DNA of 64,000 nucleotides. Source: Thermoanaerobaculia bacterium. Its GTDB lineage: Bacteria; Acidobacteriota; Thermoanaerobaculia; Gp7-AA8. Position numbers and translations under genes: made by a program. The stretch covers positions 31,652-95,651 of the forward strand of contig DATISF010000038.1 of NCBI GenBank assembly GCA_035468985.1. The letters are read 5' to 3'. Under the pieces are notes generated by a model. The model was given only the letters and a program-made list of their open reading frames with translations, had not been told where the DNA came from and did no database searches. Of this stretch, positions 23,614 to 33,566 are shown piece after piece; position 1 is the first letter of the stretch; every line of letters begins with the position of its first letter.

Positions 23614-25849
23614 CGGGGACGCGCAGCTTCGGGATGTCGCCGTTCGAAACGAACGACAGCGCGTGCTTCACCGCGCACCACACCGAGATCGACATCAAGA
23701 GAGGCGGCTCGCCGACCGCTTTGCTGCCGGCGATGTTCACCGGGTTGTCGTGCTCGATCCAGTCGACGTTGAACACCTCGGGAAGATCGTTGATGTTGGG
23801 GATTTTGTACGTCGTCGGCGAATGCGCCAGCAGCTCGCCGCCCGCGGTGTAGCGGAGATCCTCTGTCGTCAGCCAGCCCATGCCTTGAATGAAGCCGCCG
23901 GTCATCTGGCCGCGATCGACGCCGGGATTGATGGGCCGGCCGATGTCCATGAGCACATCGCTGCGCAGGACTTTCATCTCTCCGGTGAAGCGATCGATGA
24001 GCACTTCCGAGCACGCCGTTCCCATCGTGTAGTAGAGGAACGGATGGCCCTGGCCGCCTTCGCTCGTCCAGTCCCAGTCGATGCGAGCGGTGGCGTAGAA
24101 GCCCTTTTCGCCGAGTGGGATGCGGGACCGATAGCAGATGCCGACGAGGTCGGCGAAGGACATCTTCTTCGTCAAATCGTTCTTGTCCCGGACGAGACCG
24201 TCTCCGAAGACGACGTCGGCTGCACCCAATTCTTTCTTCGCCGCATCTGCCATCCGCGCTTTGATCTTGCGGCAGGCGTCGACGGCCGCGGCGCCGTTCA
24301 GATCGGCGGCGCTCGACGCGGCGGTGGCCGACGTGTTGTTGTTCTTTTCGGTCGAGGTGACCATCACCAGCACGCGATCGAGCGTCACGCCAAGTTCGTC
24401 GGCGACAAGCTGCCGGATCTTCGTGTTGACGCCCTGCCCCATCTCCGTGGCGCCGGTCGAGACCTGCACGCTGCCGTCGAGAAACACGTTCACGAGCGCG
24501 TTGGCCTGGTTCAGGAACTTCGTGTTGAACGAGATGCCGAACTTCACCGCGGTGAGCGCCATCCCCTTGAGGTGCGTTTTCGACGAGGCGTTGAAGCGAT
24601 TCACCTCGTCCATGCGGCGGTTGTATTCGCAGCGCTGCGGCAGCTCGGTGAAGAGGCGCGGAAGCGTGTTGCGCTCGACCACCTCACCGTATGGGGTGGT
24701 GTTGCGCGTCTCGACCTGATAGCAGTTCGTGCGGCGGACTTCGAGCGCGTCCTTCTTCAGGAACGCGGCGATCTCCTGCATCACGTTCTCGATCGTGATC
24801 ACGCCCTGCGGTCCGCCGAATCCGCGGAACGCCGTGTTGGGCGGCATGTTCGTCCGGCAGATCGTGCCGCGGATCTCGATGTGCGGGATGAAGTAGGCGT
24901 TTTCGGCGTGCGTCATGGCCCGCGCCATCACCGCCGGCGAGAGGTCGGCGTACGCTCCGCCGTCGGAGTAGAGATCGAACTTCGCCGCCACGATCTCGCC
25001 GCTGCGCCGGAATCCGATGCGATAGCGGTTGTGGAACGGGTGGCGCTTCCCCGTCACGTGCATGTCGTCGTCTTTGTTGTAGACCAGGCGTGCCGGCCGC
25101 CTGGTCTTCTGCGCGACGAGCGCCGCCATCACCGCGGGATGCGTGGCCTGGCATTCCTTGCCGCCGAATCCGCCTCCCATCCGCTTGGTGAGCACGACGA
25201 CTTCATTCATCGACAATCCGAGGAGGTGCGCGATGACCTCCTGCACCTCGGTCGGATTCTGCGTCGACGAGTGAACCGTGAGCTGCCCGCGCTCGCCCGG
25301 ATACACGATGACCGCCTGCGATTCGAGATAGAAGTGGTCCGCTCCCTGGTTCTCGAAAACACCTTCGAGGTAGTGATCCGCGGAAGCCATGGCCCGGTCT
25401 GGATCGCCGCGGCGAATCACGCGCGGATCGGGGAAGAAGTTGTTCGCGGCGATGGCCTCCTCGATCGTGAGGATCGGCTTCAACTCCTCGAGCTCGATGC
25501 GGATCGCTTTCTTTGCCTCGCGGATCGCGCGCGCGTTGTCGGCGGCAATGACCACAATCGGCTGCCCGCGGAACGTGCACTCCTCCTCGGCCAGCAGGAT
25601 CTCGTCCTTGTAAATCGGACCGAAGAGGTTCTGGTACAGATCGCGATACGTGAACAGCCCGACGATCCCGGCGATCGTGCGCGCCGCCTCGAGATCGAGC
25701 GAGCGGATGCGCGCATGCGCGAGTGGCGACCAGAGGAAGTCGACGACGAGCTCGTTTGGTAACGGCGCCATATCGTCGACGTAGATGGATTCGCCGGTCA
25801 CGTGGCCGATGGCGGAGTCGTGCGGGACGTTCTTGCCGACGACGGGCAT
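23543..25849 (-). CDS. xdhB: xanthine dehydrogenase, molybdopterin-binding subunit
   Basis: Start moved to ATG 25847-25849 (MPVVGKNVPHDSAIGHVTGES). Contains GGGFGGKE and other Mo-pterin domain motifs. 768 aa. Confidence 0.93.
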   Translation of the reverse strand: MPVVGKNVPHDSAIGHVTGESIYVDDMAPLPNELVVDFLWSPLAHARIRSLDLEAARTIAGIVGLFTYRDLYQNLFGPIYKDEILLAEEECTFRGQPIVVIAADNARAIREAKKAIRIELEELKPILTIEEAIAANNFFPDPRVIRRGDPDRAMASADHYLEGVFENQGADHFYLESQAVIVYPGERGQLTVHSSTQNPTEVQEVIAHLLGLSMNEVVVLTKRMGGGFGGKECQATHPAVMAALVAQKTRRPARLVYNKDDDMHVTGKRHPFHNRYRIGFRRSGEIVAAKFDLYSDGGAYADLSPAVMARAMTHAENAYFIPHIEIRGTICRTNMPPNTAFRGFGGPQGVITIENVMQEIAAFLKKDALEVRRTNCYQVETRNTTPYGEVVERNTLPRLFTELPQRCEYNRRMDEVNRFNASSKTHLKGMALTAVKFGISFNTKFLNQANALVNVFLDGSVQVSTGATEMGQGVNTKIRQLVADELGVTLDRVLVMVTSTEKNNNTSATAASSAADLNGAAAVDACRKIKARMADAAKKELGAADVVFGDGLVRDKNDLTKKMSFADLVGICYRSRIPLGEKGFYATARIDWDWTSEGGQGHPFLYYTMGTACSEVLIDRFTGEMKVLRSDVLMDIGRPINPGVDRGQMTGGFIQGMGWLTTEDLRYTAGGELLAHSPTTYKIPNINDLPEVFNVDWIEHDNPVNIAGSKAVGEPPLLMSISVWCAVKHALSFVSNGDIPKLRVPATCEEILMRISEYAFSRSSAPRV

Positions 25850-25870
25850 GGTGAGACTGGATTGTAGACC

Positions 25871-25948
25871 GGGACACCGGGACACCGGGATGCGCGGACT
25901 TGCGGTGCATCACTCCCACTCCCCGACTCCCCGTGTCCCCGCATCCCC
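25871..25948. repeat. G-rich/C-rich 7-8-mer arrays (GGGACACC x2, GGGATGCG; ...ACTCCCC GACTCCCC GTGTCCCC GCATCCCC); canonical G4N4 motif on the minus strand
   Basis: Read directly in the xdhB/methyltransferase divergent intergenic region. Confidence 0.8.
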
Positions 25949-26027
25949 TCTCTTTCAACACCCTTTCAAACGCCGATTACAACGGTCCGAGCCGATCGTA
26001 CTCGCACGAAAAAGGAGGAAGCACCCA

Positions 26028-27086
26028 ATGGAGCTCAACCAGGACAAACTCAACGATTTTCTCGGGAAGGCGGTCGTCGACATCGGGGCGACGCTGCATG
26101 CCGGGCTCGTCATCATCGGCGAGAAGCTCGGGCTCTACAAAACGCTCGCCCAGAGCGGCCCGCTCACGCCGGCCGAGCTGGCGCAGAAGACCGGCACGAC
26201 GGAACGCTACGTCCGTGAGTGGCTCAACTCGCAGGCCGCCGGCGGCTACGTCACGTACGAGGCGGCCACCGGCCGCTACTCGATGACGCCGGAGCAGGCC
26301 TTCACGCTGGCCGACGAGGACAGCCCCGCGTATCTCCCCGGCGCGTTCCAGCTCGTCACCTCCGCCATCAAGGCCGAGCCGAAGATCACCGAATTGTTCC
26401 GCAACGGCGGCGGGTTCGGATGGCACGAGCATGATCGCGGTCTGTTCGAGGGAACCGAGCGATTCTTCCGCCCGAACTACGTCGGCAATCTCGTCTCGTC
26501 ATGGATCCCGGCGCTGCAGGGCGTCGAAGAGAAGCTGAAGCGCGGTGCGAAAGTGGCCGACGTCGGCTGCGGCCACGGCGCGTCGACGATCCTCCTCGCC
26601 CAGGCCTATCCGAAGTCGACGTTCGTCGGATTCGACTACCACGGGCCGTCGATCGAAGCCGCACGCAAGGCGGCGGCGAAGGCCGGCGTGTCGGATCGCG
26701 TGAAGTTCGAGCAGGCCGCGGCGAAACAGTATCCCGGCAGCGGCTACGATCTCGTGGCGGTCTTCGACTGCCTGCACGACATGGGCGATCCGGTCGGCGC
26801 CGCGACGCATGTGCTGCGCTCCCTGGCCAAGGACGGCACCTGGATGATCGTCGAGCCGTTCGCCGGCGATCGCGTCGAGGACAACCTCAACCCGGTCGGG
26901 CGCGTGTTCTACTCGGCGTCGACGCTCGTCTGCACCCCCGCGTCGCGCTCCCAGGAAGTCGGCCTGGCCCTCGGCGCTCAGGCCGGTGAGACGCGCATCG
27001 CCGACGTGGTCAGGCGCGGCGGGTTCACGACGTTCCGCCGTGCGACGCAGACTCCGTTCAACCTCGTCTTCGAGGCCAAGGCCTAA
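26028..27086 (+). CDS. class I SAM-dependent methyltransferase
   Basis: An SD (aaaggagg) lies upstream of ATG 26028. Motif I is VADVGCGHGAS. The N-terminal region is winged-helix-like. Confidence 0.85.
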   Translation: MELNQDKLNDFLGKAVVDIGATLHAGLVIIGEKLGLYKTLAQSGPLTPAELAQKTGTTERYVREWLNSQAAGGYVTYEAATGRYSMTPEQAFTLADEDSPAYLPGAFQLVTSAIKAEPKITELFRNGGGFGWHEHDRGLFEGTERFFRPNYVGNLVSSWIPALQGVEEKLKRGAKVADVGCGHGASTILLAQAYPKSTFVGFDYHGPSIEAARKAAAKAGVSDRVKFEQAAAKQYPGSGYDLVAVFDCLHDMGDPVGAATHVLRSLAKDGTWMIVEPFAGDRVEDNLNPVGRVFYSASTLVCTPASRSQEVGLALGAQAGETRIADVVRRGGFTTFRRATQTPFNLVFEAKA

Positions 27087-27087
27087 A

Positions 27088-27150
27088 CATGTGGGGCCGA
27101 CTCTCAGTCGGTCCCACGGCCGGCCGGCTGGAGAGCCGGCCCTACGTGGC
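27088..27150. repeat. GC-rich double-hairpin repeat unit (intergenic copy)
   Basis: catgtggGGCCGACTctcAGTCGGtCCcacggccGGCCGGCTggagAGCCGGCCctacgtggcatg. Confidence 0.8.
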
Positions 27151-29928
27151 ATGATGACACCTTCAACCATGCTTGAACTTCGCCTTCTCGGCGAACCGGA
27201 AGTGTTGCGGGACGGCCATGCCGTCCCGCTTCCCGCGTCCAAGAAGTCGCGCGCGCTGCTCGCTTATCTCGCGGTGACCGGCCGGCCGCATCTTCGCGAG
27301 CGCCTCTGCGAACTTTTGTGGGAAGGGCCGGACGATCCGCGCGCCGCTCTGCGATGGAGCCTGACGAAACTGCGGCCGCTGATCGAGCCGCATCTCGTCG
27401 CCGGCCGCGATCACGTCGAGTTTCGAGCGGACGGCGCGGCGGTCGACATCCATCGGCTGTGCGCGCCCGCGAACGCGACGACCGAGCACCTCGAAGAATG
27501 CGCCGCGCTGTTCCGCGGCGAGCTTGCCGAGGGGCTCGATCTGCCCGGATGCTTTCGATTTCAGCAGTGGTGCGCCGCGGAGCGGGAACGCTTCCGCCAG
27601 AACCACGTCGCGATCCTCGCCGAGCTGACCGAACGCCTCGGCGCCGATGATCGAGCGCTCGTGTACGCGCGCCGGCGCGTGCAGGTCGACCCCTTCGACG
27701 AACAGTCGCACGCCGCGCTGATCCGCCTGCTCGCAACGCTGGGTGATCGTCAGCAGGCGATGCATCAGTACGAGCACTGCCGAATGTTGTTCGAGCGCGA
27801 GCTGGGCGGGCGGCCGGGGGAGATCGTTGAGGATGCGCGGCGGATGATCGGAAAGACCACTCCCCTCTCCCCGCCGCGGGGGGAGAGGGTGGCCGAAGGC
27901 CGGGTCAGGGGCGATTTCGTCGGCCGTGCGAACGAGCTCTCCATCATCGAATCGACCACCGATCCCATCCTGATCCTCGGCGAGCCCGGCATCGGCAAAA
28001 GCCGCCTGCTCGAGGAAGCGCGGCGCCGCACGCCGGGACTCTACGGCCGCGCATTCGCCTCCGAGATGGCCCGCCCCTACGGCGTCTGGCTCGACGCGCT
28101 GGAAGACTTTCCCGTCGAGAGCGATCGCCCGCGTCTGTTCGATGCGATCGTCGACAAGCTGAACGGCGTGGAGCTGCTCGAGCTCGACGACATCCAGTGG
28201 ATCGACGAAGCCTCGGCCGCCCTCCTCCATTACGTGGCGCGAAAAACATCGCTGCGCATCGTTTGCGCGGCGCGGCTCGGCGAGATCGACGACAACCCGC
28301 ACGCGTCGCGCCTCGTTCACGAGCTGCGCTTCACGCACGTCGATCTCGGTCCGATGTCGAGCGAGGAGATCGGCGCACTCGTCGCCGACTCGCCCGAGCG
28401 CAAGCGCGTGATCGAGGACAGCGGCGGCAATCCCCTCTTCGCGCTCGAGCTGGCGCGTTCGCAACAGGCGGGAACGCTCACGCAGGTCATCGCCGGCCGC
28501 CTCGGTCAACTCGAGGGGCGGGCGCGCGATCTCGTCTCCTGGGCCGCCGCCATCGGACGCCGCTTCGACGGCGACATCCTCGGACGGGCGACGGAGATGC
28601 CGTCCGGCGAGATGCTCGCCGCGCTGGAGAAGCTGGAGCGATCGGCGATCATCCGCGCTTCCGAAAGCGGCGGCTGCTACGACTTCACCCACGATCTCGT
28701 GCGCGATGCGGCGTACCAGGCCATCTCCGGGCCGCGGCGCGTGCTCGTGCACCGCAACATCGCCCGCGCTCTGCTGTCGGTTCACGATCCCGACAGCGCC
28801 CTCGCCGGCGATGTCGTCCGCCATGCCTCACTGGCCGGCGATCACGACACGGCGGTGAAGGCGGCGATCGCCGCGGGCCGGCGCTGCCTGCGCATGTTCG
28901 CGTGGGCGGACGCAATCGAGATCGCCCGTCTGGCTCTGCAGTTTGCGGAATCGCTGCCGCAGATCGAACGCGTCAAGCGCCAGATGCACCTGCTGGAGAT
29001 CATCGTCGTCTCGCGCGGACCGATCTCCGAGCGGCTGCCGTTTGCGACGCGTGTCACGGAGCTGATCGACGAAGCCTACAAGCTCGGACTGTCACAAATC
29101 GCGGCCATCGGCTCACACCTGTCGGCCTGTCTCTACGCCGACTCCGACAACCTTGGCGATGCGGCGCAGCAGTCGATCCGCTCGTCGGAGCTCATGCGCT
29201 CGGGCGATCCGCGCGCCGCCGCGTATACGATGGCCAACACCGCACGCTGCCTCCTGTTCATCGAGCGCGACATCCCGCGCGCGCAGTCTCTGCTCGGCGA
29301 AGTGGAGTCGATCATCCGCGAGGTCGGCGGCGAGCACGTCGAGATTCATCTCGGTCTCGGCTATCTCCACGCGCATCGCGGCGACAAGGAGCTTGCGATC
29401 TCCGAATTGCAGCGCGCGTTCGACATGGCCTCGCGAGCGCGGGATCACTGGCGCGAATGGTGCGCGGGCGCTCGCCTTCTGACGCTGGCCCTCGAATGGC
29501 GCGACTTCGATGCGGCACGGCGCTGGTGCGAACGCCTCGAGCCGGTGGCCGAGAAAATGCCGGGCGGAAGCGAAGGAGTGAAGACCGAAATGCTCGCCGC
29601 GGTCCTTCGATACGCGACACTGGGCGACGAAGCGAATTTGCGGGCGAAACTCGAGGAGCTGCGCATCGTCGACAGCAAGAGCGACCTGGCGTGGAGCCTC
29701 GCCTACGTCGCCGAGCTGGAACTCGAGCGTGGCGAGATGGAGAAGGCTCGCCGCGATGCGCAGGAAGCGCTCGCCGCGGCGGAGACCGTGGGCCGCCCCA
29801 GCGATGCCGCCATCGCCCGCCTGATCCTCGGATTACCGATCGATGAAGCGAAGCGCGACGACTTGAGTGATCGGGCCAGGAAGAAGGAGAGGAATCATGC
29901 CGAGCATGGTCGTGGAGCAAACGTTTGA
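27151..29928 (+). CDS. SARP/AfsR-type transcriptional regulator (BTAD + P-loop ATPase + TPR-like)
   Basis: LRLLGEPEVLRDG..., ALIRLLATLGDRQQAMHQYEHCRMLFERELG, Walker A LILGEPGIGKS, and a long helical C-terminus. Start ATG 27151 (27169 is also possible). Confidence 0.85.
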   Translation: MMTPSTMLELRLLGEPEVLRDGHAVPLPASKKSRALLAYLAVTGRPHLRERLCELLWEGPDDPRAALRWSLTKLRPLIEPHLVAGRDHVEFRADGAAVDIHRLCAPANATTEHLEECAALFRGELAEGLDLPGCFRFQQWCAAERERFRQNHVAILAELTERLGADDRALVYARRRVQVDPFDEQSHAALIRLLATLGDRQQAMHQYEHCRMLFERELGGRPGEIVEDARRMIGKTTPLSPPRGERVAEGRVRGDFVGRANELSIIESTTDPILILGEPGIGKSRLLEEARRRTPGLYGRAFASEMARPYGVWLDALEDFPVESDRPRLFDAIVDKLNGVELLELDDIQWIDEASAALLHYVARKTSLRIVCAARLGEIDDNPHASRLVHELRFTHVDLGPMSSEEIGALVADSPERKRVIEDSGGNPLFALELARSQQAGTLTQVIAGRLGQLEGRARDLVSWAAAIGRRFDGDILGRATEMPSGEMLAALEKLERSAIIRASESGGCYDFTHDLVRDAAYQAISGPRRVLVHRNIARALLSVHDPDSALAGDVVRHASLAGDHDTAVKAAIAAGRRCLRMFAWADAIEIARLALQFAESLPQIERVKRQMHLLEIIVVSRGPISERLPFATRVTELIDEAYKLGLSQIAAIGSHLSACLYADSDNLGDAAQQSIRSSELMRSGDPRAAAYTMANTARCLLFIERDIPRAQSLLGEVESIIREVGGEHVEIHLGLGYLHAHRGDKELAISELQRAFDMASRARDHWREWCAGARLLTLALEWRDFDAARRWCERLEPVAEKMPGGSEGVKTEMLAAVLRYATLGDEANLRAKLEELRIVDSKSDLAWSLAYVAELELERGEMEKARRDAQEALAAAETVGRPSDAAIARLILGLPIDEAKRDDLSDRARKKERNHAEHGRGANV

Positions 29929-30169
29929 AACGCCGCTGACCCCCGAAGACCTCAACGCGATGGCCAAGCGCGTCGATCCATGCCTCGAATCTCACGGCGC
30001 GAAGTGGGTGCGCAGCTACATCTCCGCCGACCGCAAGCGCGTCATCTGCGAATTCGAAGCGGCCGACGCCGAGAAAGTGCGCGAGTCGTACCGATCGGCG
30101 GGCGTGCAGTTCGAGCGCGTGTGGACGGCGCAGGTGTTCTCGCGGGATCACCCGACCGAAAGCTACTGA
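29897..30169 (+). CDS. DUF4242-like small protein
   Basis: An SD (aggag) lies upstream of ATG 29897. MPSMVVEQTFETPLTPEDL...WVRSYISADRKRVICEFEAADAEKVRE pattern. Confidence 0.7.
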   Translation: MPSMVVEQTFETPLTPEDLNAMAKRVDPCLESHGAKWVRSYISADRKRVICEFEAADAEKVRESYRSAGVQFERVWTAQVFSRDHPTESY

Positions 30170-30231
30170 CGTCTCCGCGCGCCGCCGGCGGCCGAGGATG
30201 GCCGCCGCTCCACGACTCGTCCCCTAGGGAC

Positions 30232-31113
30232 CTAAGGCGGGTCGTGGATGAGATAGAGGTACGCTGACGCGACCTCATCCTCGCTGAGGTAATCGAATAC
30301 CGGCATGCGACCGCGATAGGCGATGCGCAGCTGGCCCATGACGATCGGAGCGCCGTAACGGACCTTCCAGATGAAATCCGGCAGCGTCTTCTTCGACGTG
30401 AATCCGGCGATCGGCGGTGTCGATCCTTCGAGCAGCTCCTGCGGCCCCGGCCAGGTGCCGGTGGCATCGTGGCAGATGTGACACGTGCCCTTCACCAGAA
30501 GCTCGCCGGCGCGCATGGACGGCTCCGTGACCCTCGGCGGGGTTCCACTTGGCGGTACCGCGGCGAGCACCTCCAGATATCCGATCAGGGCGTTCACCTC
30601 ACCGGGGGTGAGATAGCCGAACGCCGGCATCTTCTGCCCGCCGTTCTTGATGCGATCGAGCAGATCTTTCTTCGAGCCGGCCGCAAGCTCGCGCGCGAAT
30701 GCCGGTTCGATCGGCCGGCCGCGCTCGGCCATGCGGCGCTCGAAGAGAATCGCCGACGTCGCCTGCACCGGACCGGCGATCGTCGGAATTTCCGGCGGCA
30801 TGCCGTTGCCGTCGGCTTTGTGGCAGCCCCGGCACGAGAGCCGGTAGATGTCGGCGCCCGTCAAGACGACGGCCGGCGTGGTTTGCACATACATGAAGCC
30901 GGCCGGCGGACCGGCGTACTCCTCCGGCGACGGTCCCCACTGACCCGTTCTGCCCATACCCGACGAGTCGAAGTCGAGGCCCAGCCGATGAAAGTTGCTC
31001 GGTCCTGCAACCGGCGTCACCACGGGCGATTGCGGCCGTGCCGTTCGAGCGGCCGCAGCGCACAACAGACACACGGCCGCGAATGCGACCAGCGATCCCG
31101 CAAAACTGCGCAC
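30232..31113 (-). CDS. dihaem c-type cytochrome
   Basis: Signal peptide and two CxxCH motifs (CRGCH, CHICH). GTG start. Confidence 0.8.
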   Translation of the reverse strand: MRSFAGSLVAFAAVCLLCAAAARTARPQSPVVTPVAGPSNFHRLGLDFDSSGMGRTGQWGPSPEEYAGPPAGFMYVQTTPAVVLTGADIYRLSCRGCHKADGNGMPPEIPTIAGPVQATSAILFERRMAERGRPIEPAFARELAAGSKKDLLDRIKNGGQKMPAFGYLTPGEVNALIGYLEVLAAVPPSGTPPRVTEPSMRAGELLVKGTCHICHDATGTWPGPQELLEGSTPPIAGFTSKKTLPDFIWKVRYGAPIVMGQLRIAYRGRMPVFDYLSEDEVASAYLYLIHDPP

Positions 31114-31117
31114 TGCT

Positions 31118-31696
31118 TTACTTCGCGATCCCGAAGTTCTGCTCCGTCGTGCCCTTCACCGTCACGCTACTCTGCGCGGGCTTCAGGCGCGGGTGCCACA
31201 CCTTCACCGTGTACGTCCCGTCGGGCACGTCCTTGATCTCGTATGAGCCGTTCGGTGAGGTCACCGCGAAATACGGCGTGGGGAGTGAAGCAACGAATCC
31301 CTCCATCTCCGGATGCACCTTGCAAAGCAGGTTCGCGAAGCACTCCTTCTTGAAGGTGTAGCTCTTGATCTGTCCCTGAGGCCAGGTGCCGAGATTCATG
31401 CGCTCGGCGCAGGCGTCGGGAGAGAAGACGTTGTGGAGTACGGAGTCGGAGTTGAGGAAGTCGACCGTTGTGCCGGCGAGGATCGGCAGAACGTGCGGCA
31501 TGAACTGCATGTTCTTCTGATCCATCCTGGCGTGGACGGATGGCGGCGGAAACGTCTTTCCCGCGATCTTGTCGACGTAGACGACGGCGTCTGACGAGTC
31601 GCGCACTCCTTTCGCGGTGACTTTCCCGTGGATCTCGCCGGCGATCAGCGGCGCGGCGGCGAGCGTGAGCATGAGCATGACAGCCAGGTTCTTCAT
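31118..31696 (-). CDS. secreted cupredoxin-like protein with C-terminal beta-sandwich
   Basis: MKNLAVMLMLTLAAAPLIAG signal. HNVFS...CKVHPEM type-1-copper-like ligand spacing. Start moved to ATG 31694-31696. Confidence 0.65.
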   Translation of the reverse strand: MKNLAVMLMLTLAAAPLIAGEIHGKVTAKGVRDSSDAVVYVDKIAGKTFPPPSVHARMDQKNMQFMPHVLPILAGTTVDFLNSDSVLHNVFSPDACAERMNLGTWPQGQIKSYTFKKECFANLLCKVHPEMEGFVASLPTPYFAVTSPNGSYEIKDVPDGTYTVKVWHPRLKPAQSSVTVKGTTEQNFGIAK

Positions 31697-31808
31697 GAAT
31701 CGAAAACATGCAGACGGCGAGCCAGCGTGTCGTGGCCGCTCTACTCGCTCAGGATCCTGATTCGCCGGCGGCAGGATCGATCCCTCCAGGAGCATCAACC
31801 TGTAGCAG

Positions 31809-32285
31809 CTACTTGTTGTCGTACGCGCGCTGCAGAGCGGGAATGTCGATCCTGCGCATCTGCAACATCGCTTTCATGACCCGCTGCGACTTTGCGGGAT
31901 CGGGATCGGACAGCAGTTTCCCCAGGATCGCCGGTACGACCTGCCATGACAGCCCGAACTTGTCCTTGAGCCATCCGCACATGCTCTCCTCGCCGCCGCC
32001 GGCGGTGAGCCTCTTCCAGAAGCCGTCGACTTCCTTCTGCGTCTTGCAGTTCACGACGAACGAGATCGCTTCGGTGAATTTGAACTTCGGGCCGGCGTTG
32101 ATCGCGACGAACTCCTGTCCGTCGAGCGTGAACTCGACGACCATGACCTTCCCCTTCGGGCCCGGCCCCGCGTCTCCGTAACGGGCGATCTTTCCGATCT
32201 TCGAGTTCTTGAAAATCGAGGTGTAGAACTTCGCCGCTTCTTCGGCGTTGTCATCGAACCAGAGGAACGGCGTGATTTTTTGCAT
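31809..32285 (-). CDS. VOC-superfamily protein (PhnB / 3-demethylubiquinone methyltransferase-like domain)
   Basis: [22 protein letters not shown]-terminus and ...[14 protein letters not shown]. Confidence 0.85.
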   Translation of the reverse strand: MQKITPFLWFDDNAEEAAKFYTSIFKNSKIGKIARYGDAGPGPKGKVMVVEFTLDGQEFVAINAGPKFKFTEAISFVVNCKTQKEVDGFWKRLTAGGGEESMCGWLKDKFGLSWQVVPAILGKLLSDPDPAKSQRVMKAMLQMRRIDIPALQRAYDNK

Positions 32286-32856
32286 CGGCAGATTGTAGGG
32301 CGAGCCATGCCGCGGCCGCGGCCGCACGTTCGTCGGCCCTCCACGGAGGCCCCGCCGCCTTGCCGATCGCTTGGAGGTGGGACGCGATCCTGGACGCGGC
32401 GGCGCGCTCGCGGATGTCTTTTTCGGAGAACGTCCGGTACCGGATCCCTTCGTGCTCCGCCGCCGATTCGATGACGCGCCGGAAGAGAATGCCTTCCGCG
32501 GCATGCGCGCGGATGTGGGGGTTTCCGATCTTCTGCAGCGGCCGGTCGAGCGAGCCGACGATTCCGATCGCGCGGACGTGTCCTTTGCCCTCGATCACTT
32601 CGCGAACGAGCGAGGCCACGGCAGTTCGCGCCGCGCGCTCGATCAAAAGGAGCAGCGGCTGCACGGCGACGAGGCTCTCCTCCCACGGCAACTCCATGAC
32701 TTCGTGGTACGGCCCCGTGGTCGCGTCGCGGCGCGGGTCGACCAGTGAGGCCTCCCGCCGCCACAACAGCCGCGGGCCTTTCGACCCGTCCGCAAGAGCC
32801 ACGACGATGGCCCGCCCGGTCTTGGCGCGAAACCCCAATGCGACGGTGTCGCTCAC
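32251..32856 (-). CDS. hypothetical protein
   Basis: The GTG at 32854-32856 overlaps the racemase stop (GTGA). Only the last ~201 aa of track ORF 32251..33516 are non-overlapping. No motif was recognised. Confidence 0.5.
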   Translation of the reverse strand: MSDTVALGFRAKTGRAIVVALADGSKGPRLLWRREASLVDPRRDATTGPYHEVMELPWEESLVAVQPLLLLIERAARTAVASLVREVIEGKGHVRAIGIVGSLDRPLQKIGNPHIRAHAAEGILFRRVIESAAEHEGIRYRTFSEKDIRERAAASRIASHLQAIGKAAGPPWRADERAAAAAAWLALQSADAKNHAVPLVR

Positions 32857-33566
32857 GACTCTCTCGCCGTGGCTTCGCCCGAAACCGCGCGCCGCAACGC
32901 CGCCCGCGCGAGCAAACGAGTCGAATCGAGCGTCGGCAGCGGCGAATTGCCGTCGTTCATGATCAGCGGAATCTCCGTGCAGCCGAGGACGACCGCGTCG
33001 CAGCCTTCGGCTTTCATTTGGCCGATGACCTTCTGGAAGTAGGCGATCGCCTCCGGTTTGAACACGCCGTAAACCAGCTCGTCGAAGATGATGCGATTGA
33101 TCTCTTCGCGTTCTGCGGCGTTCGGACGGAGAAACTCGAGCCCGCGCTCGGTGAGTTTCTCGGGGTAGACCTCGCTTTCCACCAGCCAGCGCGTCCCGGT
33201 GAGTCCGACGCGCCGGAATCCGCGTTCCGCGGCGGTCGCGGCGACGACCTCGGCGATGTGCAGCCAGGGCCGCGGAGAGTGCGGCTTCACGAACGAAAAC
33301 GCCTGATGAATCGTGTTGTCGGGACAGATCAGAAAATCGGCGCCGATCGCGGCGAGCTTGTTCGCGGAAGAGAGCATCAGTTTGCCGACGCCCTCCCAGT
33401 CGTTGCGGTTGATGCACTTCATGTATTCGCCCAGCGAATGCGTGTGCATCGACACCTCGGGATGATCGTGAGGCCCGAGGAGCTCCGCGCCTTCGACACA
33501 GATCGTGCGATAGCACAGCGCCGCACCCTCGGCGGAACAGGCGACGATCCCGATGTGGTCAGGCAT
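32853..33566 (-). CDS. aspartate/glutamate racemase family protein
   Basis: IGIVACSAEG, ICPDNTIH and VLGCTEIPL motifs. Confidence 0.85.
   Translation of the reverse strand: MPDHIGIVACSAEGAALCYRTICVEGAELLGPHDHPEVSMHTHSLGEYMKCINRNDWEGVGKLMLSSANKLAAIGADFLICPDNTIHQAFSFVKPHSPRPWLHIAEVVAATAAERGFRRVGLTGTRWLVESEVYPEKLTERGLEFLRPNAAEREEINRIIFDELVYGVFKPEAIAYFQKVIGQMKAEGCDAVVLGCTEIPLIMNDGNSPLPTLDSTRLLARAALRRAVSGEATARES

Noticed and set aside
30187-30206. Stem-loop GGCGGCC-gaggat-GGCCGCC between the convergent DUF4242 and cytochrome c genes, considered as an intrinsic terminator.
   Set aside because: It has a 7-bp GC stem but no flanking T/A tract on either strand, so it was not called.
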